From the IMG/VR virus record IMGVR_UViG_3300036466_000098, positions 1 through 37,803 of that record: DNA of 37,803 nucleotides; one strand, written 5' to 3'. Below are positions 1-7,766 of the stretch, in pieces. Position 1 is the stretch's first letter. Each line of letters starts with the position of its first letter. The stretch is from a virus. The notes under the pieces are model-generated. The model made no database searches. It was not told the origin of the DNA and saw only the letters and a list, made by a program, of their open reading frames with translations. The position numbers and the translations under genes were made by a program.

Positions 1-127
1 AGATTGACGGCACTGTGATCCAGCGCGGCGATGTTAAGCTGGTGCTGTCAAAACTGACTACCCGTCCGGCAGTGGGCGATACCGTGACGATGGATTCTAT
101 TGTCTATCGGATCATGGATGTGTATCC
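1..127. repeat. Terminal overlap, copy 1 (identical to 37677..37803)
   Basis: Read by eye, bases 1-127 equal 37677-37803 exactly and in the same orientation. An ORF reads seamlessly through the join. Confidence 0.95.
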
Positions 128-179
128 TGTGCGCATGTCCGGCGCTGATGTGGTCTACGTGGTGCAGGGTCGTGTCTGA
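1..179 (+). CDS. 3' part of the head closure / head-tail joining protein gene that starts at 37511 (wraps around the junction)
   Basis: The frame is open from the window start to TGA at 177-179 and continues the 37511 ORF. The joined product is 114 aa. Position between adaptor and gp10-like genes fits. Confidence 0.65.
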   Translation, partial: IDGTVIQRGDVKLVLSKLTTRPAVGDTVTMDSIVYRIMDVYPVRMSGADVVYVVQGRV

Positions 180-642
180 GATCAACACCAGCGAGTTCAT
201 GGCGGCGTTTGATCGTTGGGTTGAGACTACCGAGATCAGCATGAGCGACGCCATAGCAAGCACCGCCATGCAGCTCTATACCGGCATTGTCAAGCGTACG
301 CCTGTCGACACAGGGCGGCTGAAGGGCAACTGGCAAATATCAATCAACAGCGTTGCCGGTGGCGAGAAGAACCGCACTGACGACACACCGCTTGGCCGAT
401 ATAGCCAGTCCAACGCCAGTGCCGAAGAGTCCAAGGTGAATGGGTTCAACGCTTCGAAGCACGGGTATATTGCGATCCACAACAACCTACCTTACGCGCA
501 GACTGCCGAGTTCGGAGAGTGGGGAGACGGCCCTAAGACTACCGGCGGATATTCGCGCCAAGCCCCGTCCGGCATGGTCCGTGTAACCCTGTCCGAGTTT
601 GAGCGCAAACTGAATCAAGCAGCAAGAGACAATCAGCTATGA
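172..642 (+). CDS. HK97 gp10-family tail completion / head-tail connector protein
   Basis: Motifs KRTPVDTGRLKGNW and NNLPYAQTAEFG are typical of the HK97 gp10 family. The GTG at 172 overlaps the upstream stop; ATG 199 is an alternative start. Confidence 0.75.
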   Translation: MSEINTSEFMAAFDRWVETTEISMSDAIASTAMQLYTGIVKRTPVDTGRLKGNWQISINSVAGGEKNRTDDTPLGRYSQSNASAEESKVNGFNASKHGYIAIHNNLPYAQTAEFGEWGDGPKTTGGYSRQAPSGMVRVTLSEFERKLNQAARDNQL

Positions 643-1031
643 CCATCGCATCCACCATCATGAACACCTTAAATAGCCGATTGGCGCAACTGGCGTCGCT
701 GCCCGCAACCGCATGGCCTAACGTGCCGTTCAACATCGTCACCGGCACGCCGTGGATTAGGGTTGACCTGCTGCCAGCCGATAGCGCACTGGAGACCATC
801 CAGAACAGCGAGGAGCATTTGGGCGTGTACCAAGTTAGCGTATTTGCACCACTGGATCAGGGCACCGGCGCGGCACTGGTGCAGGCTGATACTATTGCAG
901 ATCATTTCGCGGCTGACAGAGACCTGTCGGGCTTGCGCATCCGCTCAATTAGCGTGGGCCAGCCGATGCGGGAAGAGTCTTGGTTGATGGTGCCGGTGTC
1001 GATTGAGTACAGGGTGCATCATACGCGCTGA
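639..1031 (+). CDS. Tail terminator protein (DUF4128-like)
   Basis: 130 aa with an ATGA overlap to the upstream gene. Position just before the tail tube module fits, and the sequence resembles DUF4128 tail terminators. Confidence 0.65.
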   Translation: MTIASTIMNTLNSRLAQLASLPATAWPNVPFNIVTGTPWIRVDLLPADSALETIQNSEEHLGVYQVSVFAPLDQGTGAALVQADTIADHFAADRDLSGLRIRSISVGQPMREESWLMVPVSIEYRVHHTR

Positions 1032-1054
1032 TGTTAGGGAGTGATGTTAGGGAG
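1029..1054 (+). repeat. Perfect tandem duplication, 2 x 13 bp (TGATGTTAGGGAG)
   Basis: Copies at 1029-1041 and 1042-1054. The first copy contains the tail terminator stop codon. Confidence 0.95.
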
Positions 1055-1070
1055 CTGCGCTCCACAAGAT

Positions 1071-1095
1071 AGCCCGCCATTGTGCGGGCTTTTTT
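1071..1095 (+). terminator. Rho-independent terminator
   Basis: Stem AGCCCGC / GCGGGCT with a 6-nt loop, followed by TTTTT. Confidence 0.8.
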
Positions 1096-1103
1096 GTTAT
1101 AAT
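1095..1103 (+). promoter_or_regulatory. Extended -10 promoter candidate (TGTTATAAT)
   Basis: TGnTATAAT lies directly after the terminator T-tract, about 95 nt upstream of the nuclease gene start. Confidence 0.5.
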
Positions 1104-1197
1104 AGGTGTCGCGGCTAGGGTAGCTCCTGAACTGTTGGCATTCGCAACCAACTTGCCGCATCCCCACCTAAATTGCGAATTCACTAGCGAGGTGAAT

Positions 1198-2313
1198 ATG
1201 TCCAGAAATCTGACTCTTGATGAGTTTATAGCCAAGTCACGCGCCGTTCATGGCGACAAGTACGACTACAGCCTTTGCGAATATCGCGGCAATAAAGAGA
1301 AGGTGCGTATCATCTGCCCTAAGCATGGCGAATTCACCCCGACGCCGAATAGGCATATGCGTGGAGATGGTTGTCGAGCATGCGGATATGAGAGGCTGTC
1401 ACAGCAAAACACCAAAACAACCGAACACTTTATCGAGCAGGCGAGAAAGATTCACGGCGACAGATTCGGCTACGACAAAACCGAGTACAGAGGTCGTAGG
1501 TTCGGGGTCGTTATAACCTGCAAAACACACGGCGACTTTGAGATGCCTGCCGACTCACACCTAAGCGGCAGAGGGTGCCAGAGATGCGCATTAGAAAGCC
1601 GATCATCAATAAGGTCAAAACCCCTTGATGTTTTCCTGACCAAAGCTAGAGCTATGCACGGCGATAGATACACCTATGTCGAGTCAACTTACACCCGGTC
1701 AAAGGGTAAGGTCACAATTGTATGTCCGGATCATGGCCTTTTCGACCAAGAAGCTTACGCGCACACCACCGGCAAGAAGTGCCCGCAGTGTGCAATAGAA
1801 GACAATGCAAAAGCCAAGATTGCCGACTGGTCGAGAGCGGAATTCCTGGCCCTAGTCGATCGCGTCCATGGCGGCAAGTACAGCTACGACAGAGCTGTTT
1901 ATCGCGGGTACAAAGAGAAAATAACCGTTACCTGCACGGTGCATGGCGATTTTGAATCGCGGTACTACAACCATGTAAATGGGTGCGGATGCCCACTTTG
2001 CGCATTGAGCTATGACCAGCCATTCAAGGTCTACGTACTGCTGGCCGATAACGGTCTGGTCAAGATCGGCGTGGCCAAGTCGATAGAGCGCCGAACAAAA
2101 GAGTTGTGCGTAACGACGCCTTTTAATTTCCGTGTCGCTGCTCAGTTTCAGGCTGAGAACTATCCACACGCATTATCCATTGAGCGTGAAGCGCACAATC
2201 AACTAGCAAGGTATCGTGCAGGCATGAGCGGCTTTGACGGTGCAACGGAATGGTTTGAGTGCGACGTCGGGGAAGCAATATCAATAGTCAGTGACATCAA
2301 AGCCGCTTCATAG
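1198..2313 (+). CDS. Free-standing T5orf172 / GIY-YIG-like nuclease-family protein with four N-terminal zinc-ribbon repeats
   Basis: ATG 1198 has a GAGGTG RBS. There are four tandem units of about 55-60 aa (HGxKYxY...CPxHGxF...GxGCxxC). The C-terminus (VYVLLADNGLVKIGVAKSIERRTKEL...ATEWF) is T5orf172-like. Confidence 0.75.
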   Translation: MSRNLTLDEFIAKSRAVHGDKYDYSLCEYRGNKEKVRIICPKHGEFTPTPNRHMRGDGCRACGYERLSQQNTKTTEHFIEQARKIHGDRFGYDKTEYRGRRFGVVITCKTHGDFEMPADSHLSGRGCQRCALESRSSIRSKPLDVFLTKARAMHGDRYTYVESTYTRSKGKVTIVCPDHGLFDQEAYAHTTGKKCPQCAIEDNAKAKIADWSRAEFLALVDRVHGGKYSYDRAVYRGYKEKITVTCTVHGDFESRYYNHVNGCGCPLCALSYDQPFKVYVLLADNGLVKIGVAKSIERRTKELCVTTPFNFRVAAQFQAENYPHALSIEREAHNQLARYRAGMSGFDGATEWFECDVGEAISIVSDIKAAS

Positions 2314-2325
2314 CGGCTTTTTTTA
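2299..2325 (+). terminator. Rho-independent terminator
   Basis: Stem AAAGCCGCT / AGCGGCTTT spans the stop codon and is followed by a T-run. Confidence 0.8.
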
Positions 2326-2362
2326 TTAACTTTCGCTAGGCAATAGATTGAAGCTATCGAAG

Positions 2363-2371
2363 TGCTATAAT
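2363..2371 (+). promoter_or_regulatory. Extended -10 promoter candidate (TGCTATAAT)
   Basis: Member of the recurrent GTGCTATAMT motif, 45 nt upstream of the major tail gene. Confidence 0.5.
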
Positions 2372-2415
2372 TGAGATGTCTGACAGACCTTTAATTCAAT
2401 CAGAGGATTCTCAAA

Positions 2416-2829
2416 ATGGCTTTCATAGATGCTCAGGGGACAACCATTACCTGCGCTGACGCGCTCGGCGCGCCTCAAACTATCGGACAGGTTCAATCGA
2501 TTGGTACTTTTGCACCTGGTACTCGTACAGAAAGGGATAGGACCAGTCTCCAGTCAGTAGCCAAAGAATGGGGCTACGGCCTCAAGGACAACGGTGTATT
2601 CACTATCACCACGTTCTATGATCCGACCGATGTCGGTCAGGCCGAGCTGTTGTTGCAGGAAGCCGCAACCGAAGCACCGACCCGTGAATGGACTGTGACG
2701 TTCAGCAACGGCGAGGTTCACACATTCAACGGCCTGCTGACAGAATCGCCGATTGAAGTCGGTGTTGATACCGATCTGACTCGCACATGGTCTGTCCGCA
2801 TCACTGGCGCGATCACTCGCACACCTTAA
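2416..2829 (+). CDS. Major tail (tube) protein
   Basis: 137 aa with an AGAGGA RBS. It sits between the tail terminator and the chaperone genes and is followed by its own terminator. The sequence resembles a small siphovirus tail tube protein. Confidence 0.7.
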   Translation: MAFIDAQGTTITCADALGAPQTIGQVQSIGTFAPGTRTERDRTSLQSVAKEWGYGLKDNGVFTITTFYDPTDVGQAELLLQEAATEAPTREWTVTFSNGEVHTFNGLLTESPIEVGVDTDLTRTWSVRITGAITRTP

Positions 2830-2834
2830 CGTCT

Positions 2835-2853
2835 GGGGCTTAGGCCCCTTTTT
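2835..2853 (+). terminator. Rho-independent terminator / attenuator after the tail tube gene
   Basis: Stem GGGGC / GCCCC with a 4-nt loop, followed by TTTTT. Confidence 0.7.
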
Positions 2854-2870
2854 ACCCTAAAGGAACGACC

Positions 2871-3206
2871 ATGGCACGATTGACGAAAGACCAGATTCTG
2901 AAGGCACGCAATGCGAATGGCGGCTCCGTCCATGTTGAGGAGCTGGGCGGCGAAGTTGGCCTGCGCCTGCTGTCCATGCGCGAATCGAACCAATTCGCTC
3001 AAGAGTCGGATGGCATGAGCGGTGAAGATGCAACCCTGCTGTATGCCGCCTATCTGATTGCTGACGATGCTGGCAATCGCATGTTTGATGACCACCACGA
3101 GTTGGCAGACCTTCCGGCTAAAACGCTGATGCGCATCACTGCCGAGGGCAACAAGCTCAACGGCATCTCGGATGAAGAGATCGAGGCTGAAGCAAAAAAC
3201 TCCTAG
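2871..3206 (+). CDS. Tail assembly chaperone (gpG-like)
   Basis: 111 aa, acidic, directly upstream of the tape measure gene, and ends just after a slippery heptamer. Confidence 0.75.
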   Translation: MARLTKDQILKARNANGGSVHVEELGGEVGLRLLSMRESNQFAQESDGMSGEDATLLYAAYLIADDAGNRMFDDHHELADLPAKTLMRITAEGNKLNGISDEEIEAEAKNS

Positions 3207-3427
3207 CCGATCCGGTGGCATTGCTGTCGGTCGCACTTGCTGAAAAGCTCAAGATGCTGCCGAGCGAGTTCCGGCAGCGGGCTACCAAGTGGGACATCAT
3301 ACAGCTAACAGCACTGGATCGGACGCGGGATGAAAAGTGGCGGCAGCGCCAAGATATAGAACGGCAAATTGAGAAGTCGCGCACAATGAGCGACGCAGAG
3401 AAGGCCGCAAGGCTTTTCGGAGGGTAA
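2871..3427 (+). CDS. Tail assembly chaperone, -1 frameshift product (gpGT-like)
   Basis: The zero frame GCA AAA AAC gives the heptamer A_AAA_AAC at 3194-3200. The -1 frame stays open to TAA at 3425-3427, 4 nt before the tape measure start. Confidence 0.7.
3194..3200 (+). promoter_or_regulatory. Programmed -1 ribosomal frameshift slippery site (A AAA AAC)
   Basis: A correctly phased X_XXY_YYZ heptamer six nt before the G stop codon. Confidence 0.7.
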
Positions 3428-3431
3428 CGGT

Positions 3432-5156
3432 ATGGCGAACATCGGCAATCTTGTCGTAAAGCTGCAAGCACAGACGGCGGCATTTAAGAAGGGCATGGCC
3501 GATGCTCGCCAGTCTGTTACTCGCTTTGCAGATGCAGCCAAGAGGCAGACTGACCGAGTCCGAGCGGTGTTTGGTGCGCTTGGCGGTGTGGTCAAGGCCG
3601 CTATGGGCGCACTGGCGGCCTATGGTTTATCGCTTGCGGGCATATCGGTTGCAATAACTCGCTCGGCTACTGCTATCGACCAGCTTGCCAAGCACGCAGA
3701 CAAGCTAGGCATCGCCGTCAACGAATTGCAATTCCTGAGGTTCGCTGCGGATCAGACCGGCGTGTCTATGCAGAGCCTTGATACAGGCTTGCAGCGAATG
3801 ACCCGACGGGTTGCTGAAGCGGCTCAAGGGACGGGGGCGGCAAAGAATGCACTTGAAGAGCTTGGTCTGAGCGCATCGCAACTCAATGCAATGTCACCTG
3901 ACCAACAGTTTCAGGCCATCGCCGGTGCTATGGCGAATATCGGCAATCAGGGCGACAGAGTGCGCCTCGCCATGCAGATATTCGACACGGAGGGTGTGGG
4001 GCTTGTTAATACAATGGCTGCGAACCTTGAGGCTCTGCGCTCAGAGTTTGATGAACTTGGCCTATCGCTCACACGATCACAAGCCGCAGCAGTTGAAGCA
4101 TTTAACGACAGCCGGTCAAAGCTCGCCCAGATATTTGACGGTATCCGAAACCACGTTACTGCGACCGTTGCGCCAGCTTTACAGCTCATGATTGACAAGG
4201 TGGTCGACTGGATCAAGCAGATGGGCGGGGCATCTGAAGCAGCAAAGGTTGTGAGCCATTGGGTTCTCAATTTTGTTGACGCTGGTTTACGCGGGTTTGG
4301 TCACTTTATAAAAGCCTTGGGAAATATCGAGATAGGCTGGAAAAAAATACAGAAGGCAATTATCGGAGCCGGTGAGTCTGCGGCTGAGGTGCTTAATTTC
4401 TTCACTCCTTCGGTATGGGCGCAAAAGTTTGGCGTAAATTTCAGCGACACAGCTGTTCAGTCGTTCGAGAAAAACCTTGAAGGCACGCGCAATATGCTGG
4501 ATGAGGACATCAAAGCACTCGAACAGCTACAAGGCCAAGGCGGCTGGACTGACGTTGTCAGCCAGCAGATAGAGGAGCTGCGCCAGCGGATTAATGAGAG
4601 CCGCTCGGCTGAAGAAACGCTAGCAGACGAGACCAAGAAGGGCGCAGACGAAACCAAGAAGAACACCAAAGCACTTGGCGATCTGGGTAACGCGCTCAAA
4701 TCAGGCGGCGCTGCCGGTAAAGGCGTTACGGGCACCGACAGCGTACTGAGCGACAAGAAGCTAGAAGGCGGCTTCAAGCAGGCTGATGCATGGGATCAAT
4801 ACATTCGACGGACGCGCACCATTGCTGGCACTACTCAAGCCAGCGCATCTGACCTAGCCGGGTTCAAAAACTACGCCAGTGCGATGATTGCCCGTTACGA
4901 AGGCATGGGCGGTTACGACACAGAGAAGATGCGCCAGCAGTATGAGGCCATGGCCGAGCGTATCGCGCAAGGTAGCAAGGAAGGCATGAAAGAAGCCGCC
5001 CAAGAATTGACCGGCGGCGACGCCAAGAAGTCTATCGGCACCATCACCATCAAAGTGCAGTCTGACAAAGGCGAAACCGCAGGCGATGTGACCGGCGATA
5101 CGGCGTTTCTGAGCAAGCTGGCCTCAACCCTTCAATCAGTGAGTACTGCCGTATGA
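3432..5156 (+). CDS. Tail tape measure protein
   Basis: 574 aa, Ala/Gln-rich and likely helical, with a hydrophobic segment near residue 50-75. Position after the G/GT genes is canonical. Confidence 0.85.
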   Translation: MANIGNLVVKLQAQTAAFKKGMADARQSVTRFADAAKRQTDRVRAVFGALGGVVKAAMGALAAYGLSLAGISVAITRSATAIDQLAKHADKLGIAVNELQFLRFAADQTGVSMQSLDTGLQRMTRRVAEAAQGTGAAKNALEELGLSASQLNAMSPDQQFQAIAGAMANIGNQGDRVRLAMQIFDTEGVGLVNTMAANLEALRSEFDELGLSLTRSQAAAVEAFNDSRSKLAQIFDGIRNHVTATVAPALQLMIDKVVDWIKQMGGASEAAKVVSHWVLNFVDAGLRGFGHFIKALGNIEIGWKKIQKAIIGAGESAAEVLNFFTPSVWAQKFGVNFSDTAVQSFEKNLEGTRNMLDEDIKALEQLQGQGGWTDVVSQQIEELRQRINESRSAEETLADETKKGADETKKNTKALGDLGNALKSGGAAGKGVTGTDSVLSDKKLEGGFKQADAWDQYIRRTRTIAGTTQASASDLAGFKNYASAMIARYEGMGGYDTEKMRQQYEAMAERIAQGSKEGMKEAAQELTGGDAKKSIGTITIKVQSDKGETAGDVTGDTAFLSKLASTLQSVSTAV

Positions 5157-5374
5157 ATGATCTCAAGCCGATTAAGAGCCTGGTACAGAAGACCCGCATT
5201 GCCATTTGCGAAGAATGCGGCCTGACAAAGCTGCGCCGTTGTCCTGACTGCGGGTGCTTCATGGATGCGAAGACGCGCATCATGGGCGCTCGCTGTCCGC
5301 AAGGAAAATGGCAAGCTATGACAAAGCAAAACCTGATAGAATTACACAATGAGCTAGCAGCCGGAGGGGATTAG
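5153..5374 (+). CDS. Small cysteine-rich (zinc-ribbon-like) protein
   Basis: 73 aa with an ATGA overlap to the tape measure gene. Contains CEEC...CPDCGC...C. Confidence 0.5.
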   Translation: MNDLKPIKSLVQKTRIAICEECGLTKLRRCPDCGCFMDAKTRIMGARCPQGKWQAMTKQNLIELHNELAAGGD

Positions 5375-5376
5375 TA

Positions 5377-5811
5377 ATGGCGTGGAGACTTTACACTGAT
5401 GCGGCATGCACAACCCCGTTTGGTGGTACGTTGTCGTTTGTTCACAACTCGGATTTTAGCGATAACCCTCAAGATCGGGTGCTGTACTACGCCGATGTAG
5501 AGCTGGACCCCGTGGATAACGGCAGCTACCAGATGCGCATGGCAGCAGGCGGCAACATCAACCTGGCGATCACCGACACCAACACTGGCAGCGGCCATGA
5601 GGCGTCCGAGATCAAGCTGGCAACCACGGCGGCAGGGCTTGATACCGCCGTTGCAGGCGCTGCGCTGTCGCTTGGCACGGCATTGACCAGTGGCGTATCA
5701 GGACGCACAGAGATCCATATCCGCGTGACCAATGCCGTGACCACGGCGGGCGTCAGCGTAGAGCTGGGCATTGCCAAGCCTGAAACCGTCATCGTAGCAA
5801 CAGGGGCTTAA
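5377..5811 (+). CDS. Putative minor/distal tail protein
   Basis: 144 aa, tightly packed after the tape measure gene. The call rests on position only. Confidence 0.4.
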   Translation: MAWRLYTDAACTTPFGGTLSFVHNSDFSDNPQDRVLYYADVELDPVDNGSYQMRMAAGGNINLAITDTNTGSGHEASEIKLATTAAGLDTAVAGAALSLGTALTSGVSGRTEIHIRVTNAVTTAGVSVELGIAKPETVIVATGA

Positions 5812-5812
5812 C

Positions 5813-7765
5813 ATGGCGATTGGCTCCCGAGTACCAGGATCGTCAGTTATAGCAGGTCAGTACGGCATTATCAGCGCCGAAGGCCAGCCGGTTGCATTGT
5901 CGCAGACCGTGCGCCTAATTGATCCAGCGGCGCAGCTGGTTACACTGAGCCAGTCGGTGCAGCAGATTGACCGTGCGCGACAGTTGGTTATGCTACAACA
6001 GCGCGTACTCGGTGCAGGCGTGGCACCCTCTGAGGTGACGCCACCAGCCGCATACGTCACCATCAACGGCGTAGATGTTACCAGCATGACGGCCCGCGAT
6101 ACGGTGCGGATAACGTTCAACGAGGATCAGGCGGCAACGGCTGGCATATTCCTGTTTGTCGAGATGGGTGCAGCGGTCAATATCCCGTCATTCCACGGCA
6201 AGTCTATCCGCATCGAGACCCACTCAGACCCGTCCGATATTGAGTCCGAGATCATCCCGCTGTTCACGGGTTGGATTGAGACAGCACGGCACGACCGTGC
6301 GCGGGGCGGTATTGATATTCGGGCGACGGATCTACGTGACGAACGATTGGGCCGTGAAGATGGTCAGCAGTTGAAGGCGATCACGGGCGGCTTATACAGC
6401 ACTGTTACGCAGCGCGAGGACGTATCGGGTCGTGAATACGTCACCGAGCTGATGAAGACCGTTTCCGGTTCATTAGGCTACACCCGAGCGGGTGATCTGC
6501 GTTATCACTCTTGGGGCGTTACCGGCAAGCCGGTCGATCTGACGCTGACTGATGCAGATGTTGCGTATGATGATCTGACGACTGAGTTTCAGACTCGGTC
6601 CAGTGTGGTCAATTCGGTGACCGTGAATATGCGGTATCGGTGGTCAGCACTGAGGTCGATTTATACTGAAGTGGATGCGTATAAGCCTCGACGGTATGAC
6701 CCTAACACAAAAGCATCTCTGCCAATTTTAGTCGGTGATTCTGATTTTGATTATCAGGATCCAACATCGACCGCGTCCGGGGATAGCTACGTTTTGAAAA
6801 AGGGTATTGATTACCTAGCGTTCAGGCGATCCCATCTTGTTGAACGTGTCAATAGTCTTGGCGATTTCGAAACGCTTTATAGTAAGTTTTACCCTTTAGA
6901 GGTAATAGGCAGAGCTGCGGGATCACGTTTTGTCGCAGTGATCGATACGCTCGCGCCATTTAAAGATCTGTGGTGTCAAGGTTTTAGGGCTAAAGCGGTA
7001 AGAAATATAGCGCAGCCTGTAACAGAAGAGTATTCATTCACAATCACAGCGCCGCAATCCGTGAGCGCCTATGGTGAAGAAATAGAAGGCTCCGAACTCA
7101 GCTTTGCCGCCGAAGTTGAGTACAATCGAAACGATTGGGAGTCGGATTTTATTTATGGGAATTCAAGTGATTTGTCCGAAGACCAGTCATTTGAATCATT
7201 TATAGATAGATTGAAAAGCTCGGAAGAGGACAGCAATGATCCGATCGAGCGTCGAGTGGCAAGCGAGCGAGCCAAAGCCGACAGTCGCCGTGCTGATCTG
7301 GCTGATGCGTTTAACGCCGCCTACCGCATCGCCAAAAAAGAGATCATTGCCAGCCACCGGAACAACTATGTTGAGGCCAAGCTACACCGTATTCAGCCGG
7401 TAGAGATTGGCGATATTGTGCAGCACGATAACAGGATTGTGCAGACTACAGGCCAGTGCGTGGGCGTGGAGTACACCATTGCAGATGGTCAGCGCCAGAC
7501 CAGCGTTCGCGCCGCCATAAGTTACATGGATACGGCTGTACCGGCACCGGTTGAGAACTGGGCAGTGCCAATCGCGCCAACTTCGCCGGAAGCCGACACC
7601 ACGCTGCAAACGGTTGTGAGCTACAACACGGACGACAAGGCTTTTGACATCAAGCTGCCTGACATCAGCGAACAGATCACAGACGAATACGCGCCGACTA
7701 TCGCGCCGTTGTCGTTCGATTTGCCGCTTGAGATCAACAGTATCACGCTGATTAACGGATATTGA
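5813..7765 (+). CDS. Putative tail tip / baseplate hub protein
   Basis: 650 aa, the largest gene downstream of the tape measure. It has N-terminal repeats and an AT-richer central patch. The call rests on position. Confidence 0.5.
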   Translation: MAIGSRVPGSSVIAGQYGIISAEGQPVALSQTVRLIDPAAQLVTLSQSVQQIDRARQLVMLQQRVLGAGVAPSEVTPPAAYVTINGVDVTSMTARDTVRITFNEDQAATAGIFLFVEMGAAVNIPSFHGKSIRIETHSDPSDIESEIIPLFTGWIETARHDRARGGIDIRATDLRDERLGREDGQQLKAITGGLYSTVTQREDVSGREYVTELMKTVSGSLGYTRAGDLRYHSWGVTGKPVDLTLTDADVAYDDLTTEFQTRSSVVNSVTVNMRYRWSALRSIYTEVDAYKPRRYDPNTKASLPILVGDSDFDYQDPTSTASGDSYVLKKGIDYLAFRRSHLVERVNSLGDFETLYSKFYPLEVIGRAAGSRFVAVIDTLAPFKDLWCQGFRAKAVRNIAQPVTEEYSFTITAPQSVSAYGEEIEGSELSFAAEVEYNRNDWESDFIYGNSSDLSEDQSFESFIDRLKSSEEDSNDPIERRVASERAKADSRRADLADAFNAAYRIAKKEIIASHRNNYVEAKLHRIQPVEIGDIVQHDNRIVQTTGQCVGVEYTIADGQRQTSVRAAISYMDTAVPAPVENWAVPIAPTSPEADTTLQTVVSYNTDDKAFDIKLPDISEQITDEYAPTIAPLSFDLPLEINSITLINGY

Positions 7766-7766
7766 T

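Noticed and set aside
1-127. The 127-bp repeat at both window ends as a biological direct terminal repeat or mobile-element boundary
   Set aside because: The copies are exact and direct, and a single ORF reads straight through the join. This is what an assembler overlap of a circular or circularly permuted contig looks like. It says nothing about the true virion termini.
100-171. N-terminal extension of the 100..642 ORF (MSIGSWMCILCACP...)
   Set aside because: It lies entirely inside the preceding gene's coding frame and is Cys/Trp-rich nonsense. A GTG at 172 or ATG at 199 gives a normal gp10-family N-terminus.
3215-3427. Stand-alone 70-aa GTG-start ORF
   Set aside because: It has no RBS. 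It is better explained as the -1 frame extension (T part) of the G/GT chaperone, reached from the A_AAA_AAC site.
4623-4664. 21-nt tandem duplication (ADETKKG / ADETKKN) in the tape measure gene
   Set aside because: It is real but trivial. Short in-frame duplications are common in tape measure proteins and only adjust length.
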